NCBI GenBank assembly: GCA_963816925.1
Contig: CAWFMY010000020.1
Coordinates: 8,756-72,755 of the forward strand
DNA length: 64,000 nucleotides
Source: an uncultured beta proteobacterium
Lineage (GTDB): Bacteria; Pseudomonadota; Gammaproteobacteria; Burkholderiales; Casimicrobiaceae
Reading direction: 5' to 3'
Shown: in pieces, positions 45,029 through 52,544 of the stretch
Numbering within the stretch: position 1 is the first letter of the stretch
How the letters are laid out: each line of letters starts with the position of its first letter
Position numbers and translations under genes: made by a program
Notes under the pieces: generated by a model
Told to the model about the DNA's origin: nothing
The model's input: only the letters and a program-made list of their open reading frames with translations
Database searches by the model: none

Positions 45029-45996
45029 GTCCGCCCCTCCGCGGCAATCCCGCGCAGCCACCACGCGCCCAGCGTCGCGCCCCCGATCACCGCGAGCCCG
45101 ATCAGGAGGAAGCTGCCCGCATCGCCGTGGCGCAGCATCAGCTTCGTCAGCAGCGCCGTCATGACGACGATCACGGAAAGCACGGCGCCCGCGAGGATGA
45201 AGAGGTCCACCGAGCGACGCCGATAGGCCCACCAGACGGCCGCGAGCCAAAGCGCATACGCGACGAGGGGCCAGGCGCCGGTGCGCGAGAAATTGACGCC
45301 GGACCAGATGGCGAGCGACGTGACGGTGCCGCCGCTCGCGAACGCCACGACGCGGATGGCCCAGCGCTCGCGCAGCCATGTCATTCCCGCCGCGGCGAGG
45401 ATCTCCCACACAATCAGCGCCGCGGTGTCGAGCGCGAACACGAGCCACACGATCCCGAGCGGGCTGAACAGGAGGCCGAACAGCCCGTCGCGCGCGTCGA
45501 AATACAGATAGATCGCCATATGAAGGAGCGCGAGCCAGAGGAGCACGAGCGCCGGCAGGCGCGCCACCGCGACCCACGCCGTGATGGCGAGCGCCCACGC
45601 GACGAACAGCTCGAAGTTGTCGGCCCCCGTCTGGTACACCTGTCCGACGAGCGCGAGCAGCGCGCCGGTGAAGACCGCGGCGGCGAGGAGTGCCGCCTTG
45701 CCGACAGTCGATTCGAGGCCGAACCGCCAGCAGACCGCGATCGCCACGACGATGGGAATCTCCGCCAGCGCGAATTTGGCGAACCGCCCGAGCTCCTGCC
45801 AGTTGAACGCGCCGAAGAAGATGGCCCCGGCGGCGAGGAGCAGCACCCCCAAACCGAGCAGCATGCGATCGACGAATTGCCGCCATCGCGCGGCATCCGG
45901 CGTCACGCCGGCCAGCCGCAGCGCCGGCGGCACGTCCGCCGGCGCGAGGCGCCGCTGCCGTGCCCAGTCGAAGATCGCATTCCGTTCGCCGCCCAT
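45025..45996 (-). CDS. DUF2157-like polytopic membrane protein (323 aa)
   Basis: A soluble N-terminal ~40 aa (MGGERNAIFDWARQRRLAPADVP...) is followed by about 9 hydrophobic helices. Confidence 0.65.
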   Translation of the reverse strand: MGGERNAIFDWARQRRLAPADVPPALRLAGVTPDAARWRQFVDRMLLGLGVLLLAAGAIFFGAFNWQELGRFAKFALAEIPIVVAIAVCWRFGLESTVGKAALLAAAVFTGALLALVGQVYQTGADNFELFVAWALAITAWVAVARLPALVLLWLALLHMAIYLYFDARDGLFGLLFSPLGIVWLVFALDTAALIVWEILAAAGMTWLRERWAIRVVAFASGGTVTSLAIWSGVNFSRTGAWPLVAYALWLAAVWWAYRRRSVDLFILAGAVLSVIVVMTALLTKLMLRHGDAGSFLLIGLAVIGGATLGAWWLRGIAAEGRT

Positions 45997-46033
45997 GCTG
46001 CCTCCTGCGCGCTCTTGCGCGCGTCCGGTTCGA

Positions 46034-47917
46034 CTATTTCCGGTCGCCGCGCAACGCGAGCACGGTCGCCTGCAGTCCCTCGAGCGTCACGCGCTCCGCC
46101 GGGACCGGCGGCGCCGCGACCAGCGCGATGCGGGAAAACACGCCGCGCCACCGCCGCATCGCCTTGCCGTCATGCGAGCGGCTGAAGAAGCTCCCCCACA
46201 AGCCGCGCAGCGCGAGCGGGACCACGGGCACCGGCGTCGTTTCGATGATCTGCTGGATGCCGGGACGGAACCGATTGAGCTCGCCGGTATCGGTCAGCTT
46301 GCCTTCCGGAAAAAGGCCGACGATCTCGCCCGCCGCGAGCGCGTTGGCGACCTCGGCGAATGCCCGGTCCTTCATCGCCGCGTCTTCCTTCGCGGGCGCG
46401 ATGGGGATCGTGCGCATCGTCCGGAATATGAACGACAGGACGGGCACCTTGAAGATGCGGTGGTCCATCACGAAACGGATCGGCCGCCGCACGCAGGCGG
46501 CGATGACGACCGCGTCGACGAAGCTCACGTGGTTGCAGACGACGACGCACGGGCCGGTCTCGGGGATCAGGTCGAGTCCTTCCTTTTCCACGCGGTAGAA
46601 CGTGTGGATCAGGAGCCACGCGAGGAACCGCATCAGGAATTCGGGCACGAGCTTGAAGATGAAGAGCGCGACCGCAGCATTCATCAGCGCATTGACGAGG
46701 AACAGCTGCGGAATCGACAACCCGGCCCCGAGCAGGCCGATCGCGATGCCGGCGGAGGCGACGATGAAGACCGCGTTCAGGATGTTGTTGGCGGCGATGA
46801 TCCGCGAGCGATGCGACGGCGCCGAGCGCTCCTGGATCAGCGCGTAGAGCGGAACGCAGTAGAACCCGCCGAAAACACCGATGAGGACCAGGTCGGCGGC
46901 GACGCGCCAGTGCGCGGGCGCCGAGAAAAACACATCGAGACCCGCCAGCTCCGTCGCCTTGAGCGGGCTGCTCGCGAGCCACAGGTCGACCGCGAACAAC
47001 GTGAGCCCGATCGAGCCGAACGGGACCAGCCCGATCTCGATCTTGCGCCCCGACAGCCGCTCGCACAGCAGCGAACCGGTGCCGATGCCGACCGAGAACA
47101 GCGCCAGCAGGAACGTCACGACGTGCTCGTTGCCGCCGAGGACGTCGCGCGAGAAGCCCGCGAACTGCGCGAGGAAGATGGCGCCGTAGAACCAGAACCA
47201 CGAGATCCCGAGCATCGACAGCCACACGACGCGGTTCTCCTGCGCGACGACGAGGTTCCGCCACGTCTCCGAGAACGGGTTCCAGTTGATCGCGAGGCCG
47301 GGCGCAACCGCCGGCGTGTGGGGAATGCCGCGGCTCACGAGATAGCCGGCCACGGCGATGGCGATCGCCAGGGCGCCCGCGAGGAGCGGCCCGTTGGGTT
47401 CGACGGCGACGACAACCCCGCCCGCGATCGTGCCGAGCAGGATCGCGACGAACGTGCCCATTTCGACCAATCCGTTGCCGCCGACGAGTTCCTCGGGCTT
47501 CAAGTGCTGCGGCAGGATCGCGTACTTGACCGGGCCGAACACCGCCGAGTGAACGCCGAGCAGCGCGAGGGCGGCGAACATCAGCACCAGGTCCTGGCGC
47601 CAGAAGCCGGCGAGGCCGACAACCATGATCGCGATTTCGAACAGCTTGACCCAGCGGATGAGACGCGATTTCTCGAACTTGTCGGCGAGCTGGCCGGCGG
47701 TCGCCGACAACAGCACGAACGGCGCGATGAACACCGCGCCCGCGAGGTTGACGAGCGCGTTGGGCTCGAGCGTGGTGAGGCGCGCCGCATGGAACGCGAC
47801 GAAGATGATCAGCGCGTTCTTGTAGACGTTGTCGTTGCCCGCGCCGAGGAACTGCGTCCAGAAGAACGGCGCGAAACGGCGCTCGCGGAGGAGGTCGAAC
47901 TGGTTGGGTTCGTGCAT
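46034..47917 (-). CDS. fusion of an MFS lysophospholipid transporter (LplT-like) and a PlsC-type acyltransferase (627 aa)
   Basis: The N-terminal 12-TM MFS part begins ...FAPFFWTQFLGAGNDNVYKNAL... The C-terminal domain has the acyltransferase HX4D motif (CNHVSFVDAVV) and FPEGKLT. Confidence 0.85.
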   Translation of the reverse strand: MHEPNQFDLLRERRFAPFFWTQFLGAGNDNVYKNALIIFVAFHAARLTTLEPNALVNLAGAVFIAPFVLLSATAGQLADKFEKSRLIRWVKLFEIAIMVVGLAGFWRQDLVLMFAALALLGVHSAVFGPVKYAILPQHLKPEELVGGNGLVEMGTFVAILLGTIAGGVVVAVEPNGPLLAGALAIAIAVAGYLVSRGIPHTPAVAPGLAINWNPFSETWRNLVVAQENRVVWLSMLGISWFWFYGAIFLAQFAGFSRDVLGGNEHVVTFLLALFSVGIGTGSLLCERLSGRKIEIGLVPFGSIGLTLFAVDLWLASSPLKATELAGLDVFFSAPAHWRVAADLVLIGVFGGFYCVPLYALIQERSAPSHRSRIIAANNILNAVFIVASAGIAIGLLGAGLSIPQLFLVNALMNAAVALFIFKLVPEFLMRFLAWLLIHTFYRVEKEGLDLIPETGPCVVVCNHVSFVDAVVIAACVRRPIRFVMDHRIFKVPVLSFIFRTMRTIPIAPAKEDAAMKDRAFAEVANALAAGEIVGLFPEGKLTDTGELNRFRPGIQQIIETTPVPVVPLALRGLWGSFFSRSHDGKAMRRWRGVFSRIALVAAPPVPAERVTLEGLQATVLALRGDRK

Positions 47918-47932
47918 GGCGCGGGTCCGTGG

Positions 47933-49150
47933 TCAGGTGGGGTCGACGAAAAACGGCTGCGTCTCGAACACGCCGCGCGAGAAACGCGCGCTTCCCGCTG
48001 CGAGACTGCGTTTCAGGACAAAATCGAAGAGCAGCGCATTATGCTCGCGGATCTCGCGCAGCACCGGCACGGCGTCGGGCGGCAGCAGGCCTCGCCCCGC
48101 CAGCAGGTCCGGCGAAATCAGCGGCGGGATTCCCGGCAATGGGTAATCCGATCCGTTGAGGAGCCGCGAATGCCAGTCGGCGCGTTCGAGAAGCGTGCGC
48201 AGCACGTCGCCGCGGTTGGTCAGCGTGACGGCCGAGATGTCGCCGTACACGCGCCCCTTGAAGGCCGGTGCATCCATCAGTCGCGCGAAAAGTTGAAGAT
48301 TCGGCACGAGCGCGTCGGCGCCGCCGCGATCGAGGTCGCGCCCATTCCCGAGCGACGCGCAATGGGCGACGATGACCCGCACGCCCGCGTCGAGCGGCCG
48401 GCGGAGTCGAAGCGGATTGCCGAGCGACTCGTCGTGACCGCGCACCGCACGCTCGTCGCCCGCGTGGGAAATGAGCGGCAGGCGCAGCGCCGCGAGCTTC
48501 GCGTAGAACGCGTCGCACGCGGGCGCCGCTGGGTCGATGTTCTGCGCCGAGGGCAGCCACTTGACCGCGCGCGCGCCGCGCGCCGCCGCCCATTCGAGGC
48601 GTTCCTCGGCGTCCTTCGCGTACGGATGCACCGAGGCCGCCCACTCGAAGCGATCCCGATTGCGCGATGCCACGGCAGCGGCATAGGCGTCGGGAACGTA
48701 GAACGTCGATCGCTCGATCAGCGGGGCCCCGGCCTCGTCGCGCGCCCAGTCGAACGCGAACAGCAGGAACTTCGCGCCCGGAGGAAACGTCGCGCACTGG
48801 TTTTCGAGGCGCTCGACCACGCTCGCGTCGACACGGCCGGGCGCGTCGTCCACGCAACCCGCATTCAGGTAAAACATCCGCTGCACGAATTGCTGCGGCT
48901 GAAGCAGGCTCCCCAACCCCGGATTGATCCAGAGTCCCGCGCCGGAATCGCCATTGCCGAAAAGGTGGCAGTGAACATCCCAGCACTTCGCCGGATCGAC
49001 GCCCTGCCACGCAGCCCTGACAAGCGGATGCGCGGCAAGCGCCTCGGGCAGCGCCGGGCGGCACGCGTTGAACAGGCCCTCGCGCAACGACAGACCGCAG
49101 CCAGAGGCGGCCGCGCCGGCGGCGCACGCGAGGAAGTTACGCCGGTTCAT
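47933..49150 (-). CDS. exported metal-dependent amidohydrolase-fold protein (405 aa)
   Basis: Twin-arginine-like signal MNRRNFLACAAGAAASGC with a possible lipobox Cys. WDVHCHLFG and ...VIVAHCAS... are typical of TIM-barrel amidohydrolases. Confidence 0.75.
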   Translation of the reverse strand: MNRRNFLACAAGAAASGCGLSLREGLFNACRPALPEALAAHPLVRAAWQGVDPAKCWDVHCHLFGNGDSGAGLWINPGLGSLLQPQQFVQRMFYLNAGCVDDAPGRVDASVVERLENQCATFPPGAKFLLFAFDWARDEAGAPLIERSTFYVPDAYAAAVASRNRDRFEWAASVHPYAKDAEERLEWAAARGARAVKWLPSAQNIDPAAPACDAFYAKLAALRLPLISHAGDERAVRGHDESLGNPLRLRRPLDAGVRVIVAHCASLGNGRDLDRGGADALVPNLQLFARLMDAPAFKGRVYGDISAVTLTNRGDVLRTLLERADWHSRLLNGSDYPLPGIPPLISPDLLAGRGLLPPDAVPVLREIREHNALLFDFVLKRSLAAGSARFSRGVFETQPFFVDPT

Positions 49151-49207
49151 GCAGGAGCGCGATGGTCGTGATCAGGGTCTTGCCAGGCACGGTTGGCTCC
49201 GCGGGCG

Positions 49208-49516
49208 TCACTGGTCACGCAGGAAATCGAGCACATCGGTCAGCGCCGCGCGCACGGCGTCCGGATCGGGCCAATACCAGACTTCCTTGCCGATCTTTTC
49301 GCACTTCAGCACGCCCGCGTCGCGCAGGGTCCGAAGGTGGTGCGAAACGGCCGAGCGGGACAACGTGGAGGCCGCGACGATCTGGCCGACGTTGAGGCGC
49401 TCGCCGGGCTCGAACATCAGCAGGATCCGCTGCCGGTGCGGATCACCCAGCGCGACGAACATTCCGGCCGTCTGGCGCCAGGCGCGGGGGATTGCACGGG
49501 CATAACTCGGTCGCAT
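49208..49516 (-). CDS. ArsR/SmtB-family HTH transcriptional regulator (102 aa)
   Basis: ...FVALGDPHRQRILLMF...LNVGQIVAASTLSRSAVSHHLRTLRDAGVL... winged helix. Confidence 0.85.
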   Translation of the reverse strand: MRPSYARAIPRAWRQTAGMFVALGDPHRQRILLMFEPGERLNVGQIVAASTLSRSAVSHHLRTLRDAGVLKCEKIGKEVWYWPDPDAVRAALTDVLDFLRDQ

Positions 49517-49551
49517 GCAGCACCTCGGAGCCTACGTTCCACGTCACCCAA

Positions 49552-49575
49552 ACATAACTATGAAACTAGTTATGT
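49552..49575. promoter_or_regulatory. perfect 9-6-9 inverted repeat, candidate ArsR-type operator
   Basis: ACATAACTA-tgaaac-TAGTTATGT lies 36 bp upstream of the arsR-like start, in a locally AT-rich stretch of the arsR/thyA divergent region. Confidence 0.5.
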
Positions 49576-49697
49576 AGTCATATCCTACCGGGATGGATTC
49601 GCGCTTGTCAACTAGCCGTGTGGCCGATGCCGGAGCGGCCGACGAACGGCACGCCACGCTACAATCCGGGCGGCAGCTCTTCCGTCCAAGGCATCCG

Positions 49698-50492
49698 ATG
49701 CGGCAGTACCTCGATTTCATGCGGCACGTCCGCGAGCAAGGCGACCGCAAGGCCGACCGGACCGGGACCGGCACCCTGTCCGTCCTCGGCTACCAGATGC
49801 GCTTCGACCTTCGCGCCGGGTTCCCGCTGCTCACGACCAAGAAAGTGCACACCAAGTCGATCGTGCATGAGTTGCTCTGGTTCCTGCGCGGCGAGACCAA
49901 CGTCCGCTCGCTGCAGGCTGCCGGCGTGACGATCTGGGACGAGTGGGCCGACGCAAATGGAGAGCTGGGGCCGGTTTACGGCTACCAATGGCGGAGCTGG
50001 CCGGCGCCGGACGGCGCGCACATCGACCAGATGTCCAACGTGGTCGCGGAGATCAGGCGCAACCCGGATTCGCGGCGGCTGATCGTGTCGGCGTGGAACG
50101 TGAGCGACATTCCGCGGATGAAGCTGCCGCCCTGCCACCTGCTGTTCCAGTTCTACGTCGCCGGCGGCCGACTTTCGTGCCAGCTCTACCAGCGGAGCTG
50201 CGACATCTTCCTGGGCGTTCCCTTCAACATCGCGTCGTATGCGCTGCTGACCCACATGGTCGCGCAGCAATGCGATCTCGGCGTTGGCGATTTCGTCTGG
50301 ACCGGCGGCGATTGCCACCTCTATCTCAATCACCTGGAGCAGGTCGACACCCAACTCGCGCGCACGCCGGGTCCGCTGCCGCGCCTCGACCTTCGGCGCC
50401 GGCCGCCGTCGCTCTTCGATTACGCGTACGAGGATATCGAATTCGTCGATTACCACCCGCAACCCGCGATCAAGGCGCCGGTAGCGGTGTGA
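49698..50492 (+). CDS. thyA: thymidylate synthase
   Basis: [38 protein letters not shown]... and the catalytic [12 protein letters not shown]; 264 aa. Confidence 0.97.
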   Translation: MRQYLDFMRHVREQGDRKADRTGTGTLSVLGYQMRFDLRAGFPLLTTKKVHTKSIVHELLWFLRGETNVRSLQAAGVTIWDEWADANGELGPVYGYQWRSWPAPDGAHIDQMSNVVAEIRRNPDSRRLIVSAWNVSDIPRMKLPPCHLLFQFYVAGGRLSCQLYQRSCDIFLGVPFNIASYALLTHMVAQQCDLGVGDFVWTGGDCHLYLNHLEQVDTQLARTPGPLPRLDLRRRPPSLFDYAYEDIEFVDYHPQPAIKAPVAV

Positions 50493-50506
50493 ATCACCCC
50501 ATCGGA

Positions 50507-50539
50507 TTCGGCAGGCAAAAAAAAGCCCGCCGGGAGGAA
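50507..50539 (-). terminator. intrinsic terminator for the minus-strand small transcript
   Basis: The minus strand reads GCCCGCtaaattcctcccgGCGGGCtttttttt, a GC stem followed by T8. Confidence 0.55.
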
Positions 50540-50653
50540 TTTAGCGGGCAAGGGGGAGCGGTCGACCGAAGCGCGACGGGCGCTGCGGCTGCTGTTCGTG
50601 CCGGCATCGTGCCGGCGGAGTCTGCATTCGTCCTGTGTCGAATTCCTCCGGAG

Positions 50654-50815
50654 TCAGAACACGCTTCGCGCGGCGTTTACCCGCTCGGCCAGCGCGTCCA
50701 GCGCTTCCTGCTGCGACGGGGACAGCGACTCGTCCGCGCGCTGCTCGACCGGCCCGCCGTCGGTCGAACTCGACCGGTCGGTCAGCCAGTGTTGCGCGAA
50801 TTCGGGCGAAAACAT
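50654..50815 (-). CDS. 53-codon ORF downstream of a sigma-54 promoter (not in the supplied track)
   Basis: AAGGA lies 8 nt before the ATG at 50815. Translation is MFSPEFAQHWLTDRSSSTDGGPVEQRADESLSPSQQEALDALAERVNAARSVF*. 46 of 53 third positions are G/C, as in real genes of this window. Confidence 0.5.
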   Translation of the reverse strand: MFSPEFAQHWLTDRSSSTDGGPVEQRADESLSPSQQEALDALAERVNAARSVF

Positions 50816-50860
50816 GTCCACGATCCTTCAGTCGGAGTTGTTCGTCTTCGCTTACCGCTA

Positions 50861-50876
50861 AGCAAGGCGTGTGCCA
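50861..50876 (-). promoter_or_regulatory. sigma-54 (-24/-12) promoter
   Basis: The minus strand reads TGGCACacgccTTGCT, compared with the consensus TGGCACG-N4-TTGCW. It lies about 47 nt upstream of the small-ORF ATG. Confidence 0.65.
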
Positions 50877-50986
50877 ACCGCATATGCATCCGGTTGGACA
50901 GTTCCCCTTTTCCAGGTTCTCCCAAGCAAAAGTGGATTCGCGGCACGGCCATTGCAGTCGGCGCGCCGTAACAATTATCGGCGTCT

Positions 50987-51069
50987 TGTCGCATTTTGCC
51001 GACGCGCCATGTGTCATTAATGTTAAACACATGATTAGGATCGAATTTTCGTGTCGTCAATCAACGACA
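50987..51069. promoter_or_regulatory. three GlrR/QseF-type activator boxes (TGTC-N10-GACA)
   Basis: 51052-51069 is TGTCgtcaatcaacGACA (perfect), 51012-51029 is TGTCattaatgttaAACA and 50987-51004 is TGTCgcattttgccGACG. They lie about 110-190 bp upstream of the -24 element. Confidence 0.55.
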
Positions 51070-51176
51070 TTCGACCACGCCGCAGGCGCAGACACGGCAC
51101 TCGCAATGACATTGGAATGGGACCGACCGGGCGGAAAGCCCCTGGACAAGCCGCGTCGGCGCCTGCGACGACCCGC

Positions 51177-52535
51177 TCAGGACGGCTTGCCTTCCTTGAA
51201 CATCGCGGGCTCGAGCCTGTGCCGCTGCAGCAGCTTGTAGAACTCGGTGCGGTTGCGCTTTGCAAGCAAGGCGGCCTGGGTCACGTTGCCGCCGGTGATC
51301 TTGAGCAGCCGGACGAGGTAATCGCGCTCGAATTCCTTGCGCGCCTCCTCGAACGGAACCAGCGCGCTCGCGTCTTCGCGCAGCGAACCCTGGATCAGCG
51401 AAGCCGGGATCACGTTGGTCGTCGCCAGCGCCACCGCCTGCTCGAGGAGGTTCAGCAACTGCCGGACATTTCCCGGCCAGGGCGCCGAGATCAGCAGCGC
51501 CATCGCGTCCGGGGCAAGCGTCAGCGCGGGCCGCTTGTAACGTTCGGCCAGCCGCCGCAGGAAGTGCGTGGCGAGGAGCGGAATGTCCTCGCGCCGGTCG
51601 GCGAGCGACGGCAACTTGAGCGAAACGACGTTGAGCCGGTAATAGAGGTCCTCCCGGAACTGGCCGGACGCTTTCTGCTCGTCGAGGTCGCGATGCGTGG
51701 CCGAGATCACGCGCACGTCCACCGGAAGCGGCAGCGTCGCGCCGACCGGGCGCACCTCGCCTTCCTGGAGCACGCGCAGCAGCTTCACCTGCAGAGCGAG
51801 CGGCATGTCGCCGATCTCGTCCAGGAAGATGGTCCCCCCATCGGCCGCCTGGAACAGTCCCTTGTGCGCCTGCACGGCGCCGGAGAACGCGCCACGCGCA
51901 TGCCCGAACAGCTCCGACTCGAGCAGCGGCTCGGGAATCGCACCGCAGTTCACCGCCACGAACGGCTTGTCGCCGCGCGGGCTCGCGCGGTGGATGGCGC
52001 GGGCGAGGAGCTCCTTGCCGGTCCCTGAATCGCCGTAGACCAGCACGCTCGCATCGGAATCGGCGACGAGGCGCGCTTGCCGCAGCAGGTCTTCCATCTG
52101 CGGGCTGCGCGTGATGATGCCCGCGCGCCATTCGCCAATGGCCTCGCTGCTGTCCGTCGGCGCGCCGCCGGCGAGGCGCAGGGCGGAGGCGACGAGCTGC
52201 AGGAGCTCCTGGCTGTCGAACGGCTTGGTGAGAAAGCCGAAGACGCCGCGTTGCGTCGCCGAGACCGCGTCCGGGATCGTGCCGTGTGCGGTGAGGATGA
52301 TGACCGGCAGCGCCGGATGCTGGCGGTGGATCGCCTCGAAGAGCTGGAGGCCGTCGATCCCGGGCATCCGCAGGTCGGTGATCACCGCGGCAGGACGCAC
52401 GACCGCGAGCCCGGCCAGCGCCGCCTCGCCGCTGTCCGCCGTGCGTACGCGGTACCCGGCCGACGTGAGCCGGAGGCTGATCAGCTTCAGGAGGTCCGGA
52501 TCGTCATCGACCAGAAGGATGTCGCCTGTCTGCAT
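51177..52535 (-). CDS. glrR: sigma-54-dependent response regulator, GlrR/QseF type
   Basis: 452 aa: receiver domain (LLVDDDPDLLKLISLRLTSAGY...DLRMPGIDG), AAA+ domain (GDSGTGKE, GAFTGA-like ESELFGHARGAFSGA), and C-terminal HTH. It is collinear with my recollection of E. coli GlrR over its whole length. Confidence 0.9.
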   Translation of the reverse strand: MQTGDILLVDDDPDLLKLISLRLTSAGYRVRTADSGEAALAGLAVVRPAAVITDLRMPGIDGLQLFEAIHRQHPALPVIILTAHGTIPDAVSATQRGVFGFLTKPFDSQELLQLVASALRLAGGAPTDSSEAIGEWRAGIITRSPQMEDLLRQARLVADSDASVLVYGDSGTGKELLARAIHRASPRGDKPFVAVNCGAIPEPLLESELFGHARGAFSGAVQAHKGLFQAADGGTIFLDEIGDMPLALQVKLLRVLQEGEVRPVGATLPLPVDVRVISATHRDLDEQKASGQFREDLYYRLNVVSLKLPSLADRREDIPLLATHFLRRLAERYKRPALTLAPDAMALLISAPWPGNVRQLLNLLEQAVALATTNVIPASLIQGSLREDASALVPFEEARKEFERDYLVRLLKITGGNVTQAALLAKRNRTEFYKLLQRHRLEPAMFKEGKPS

Positions 52536-52544
52536 CGCCCCTCC

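Noticed and set aside
50541-51032. 163-aa minus-strand ORF spanning the thyA-glrR spacer
   Set aside because: It runs straight through the sigma-54 promoter and the activator boxes. It is Arg/Cys-rich with poor codon bias, in a different frame from the well-formed 53-codon ORF, and lacks an RBS.
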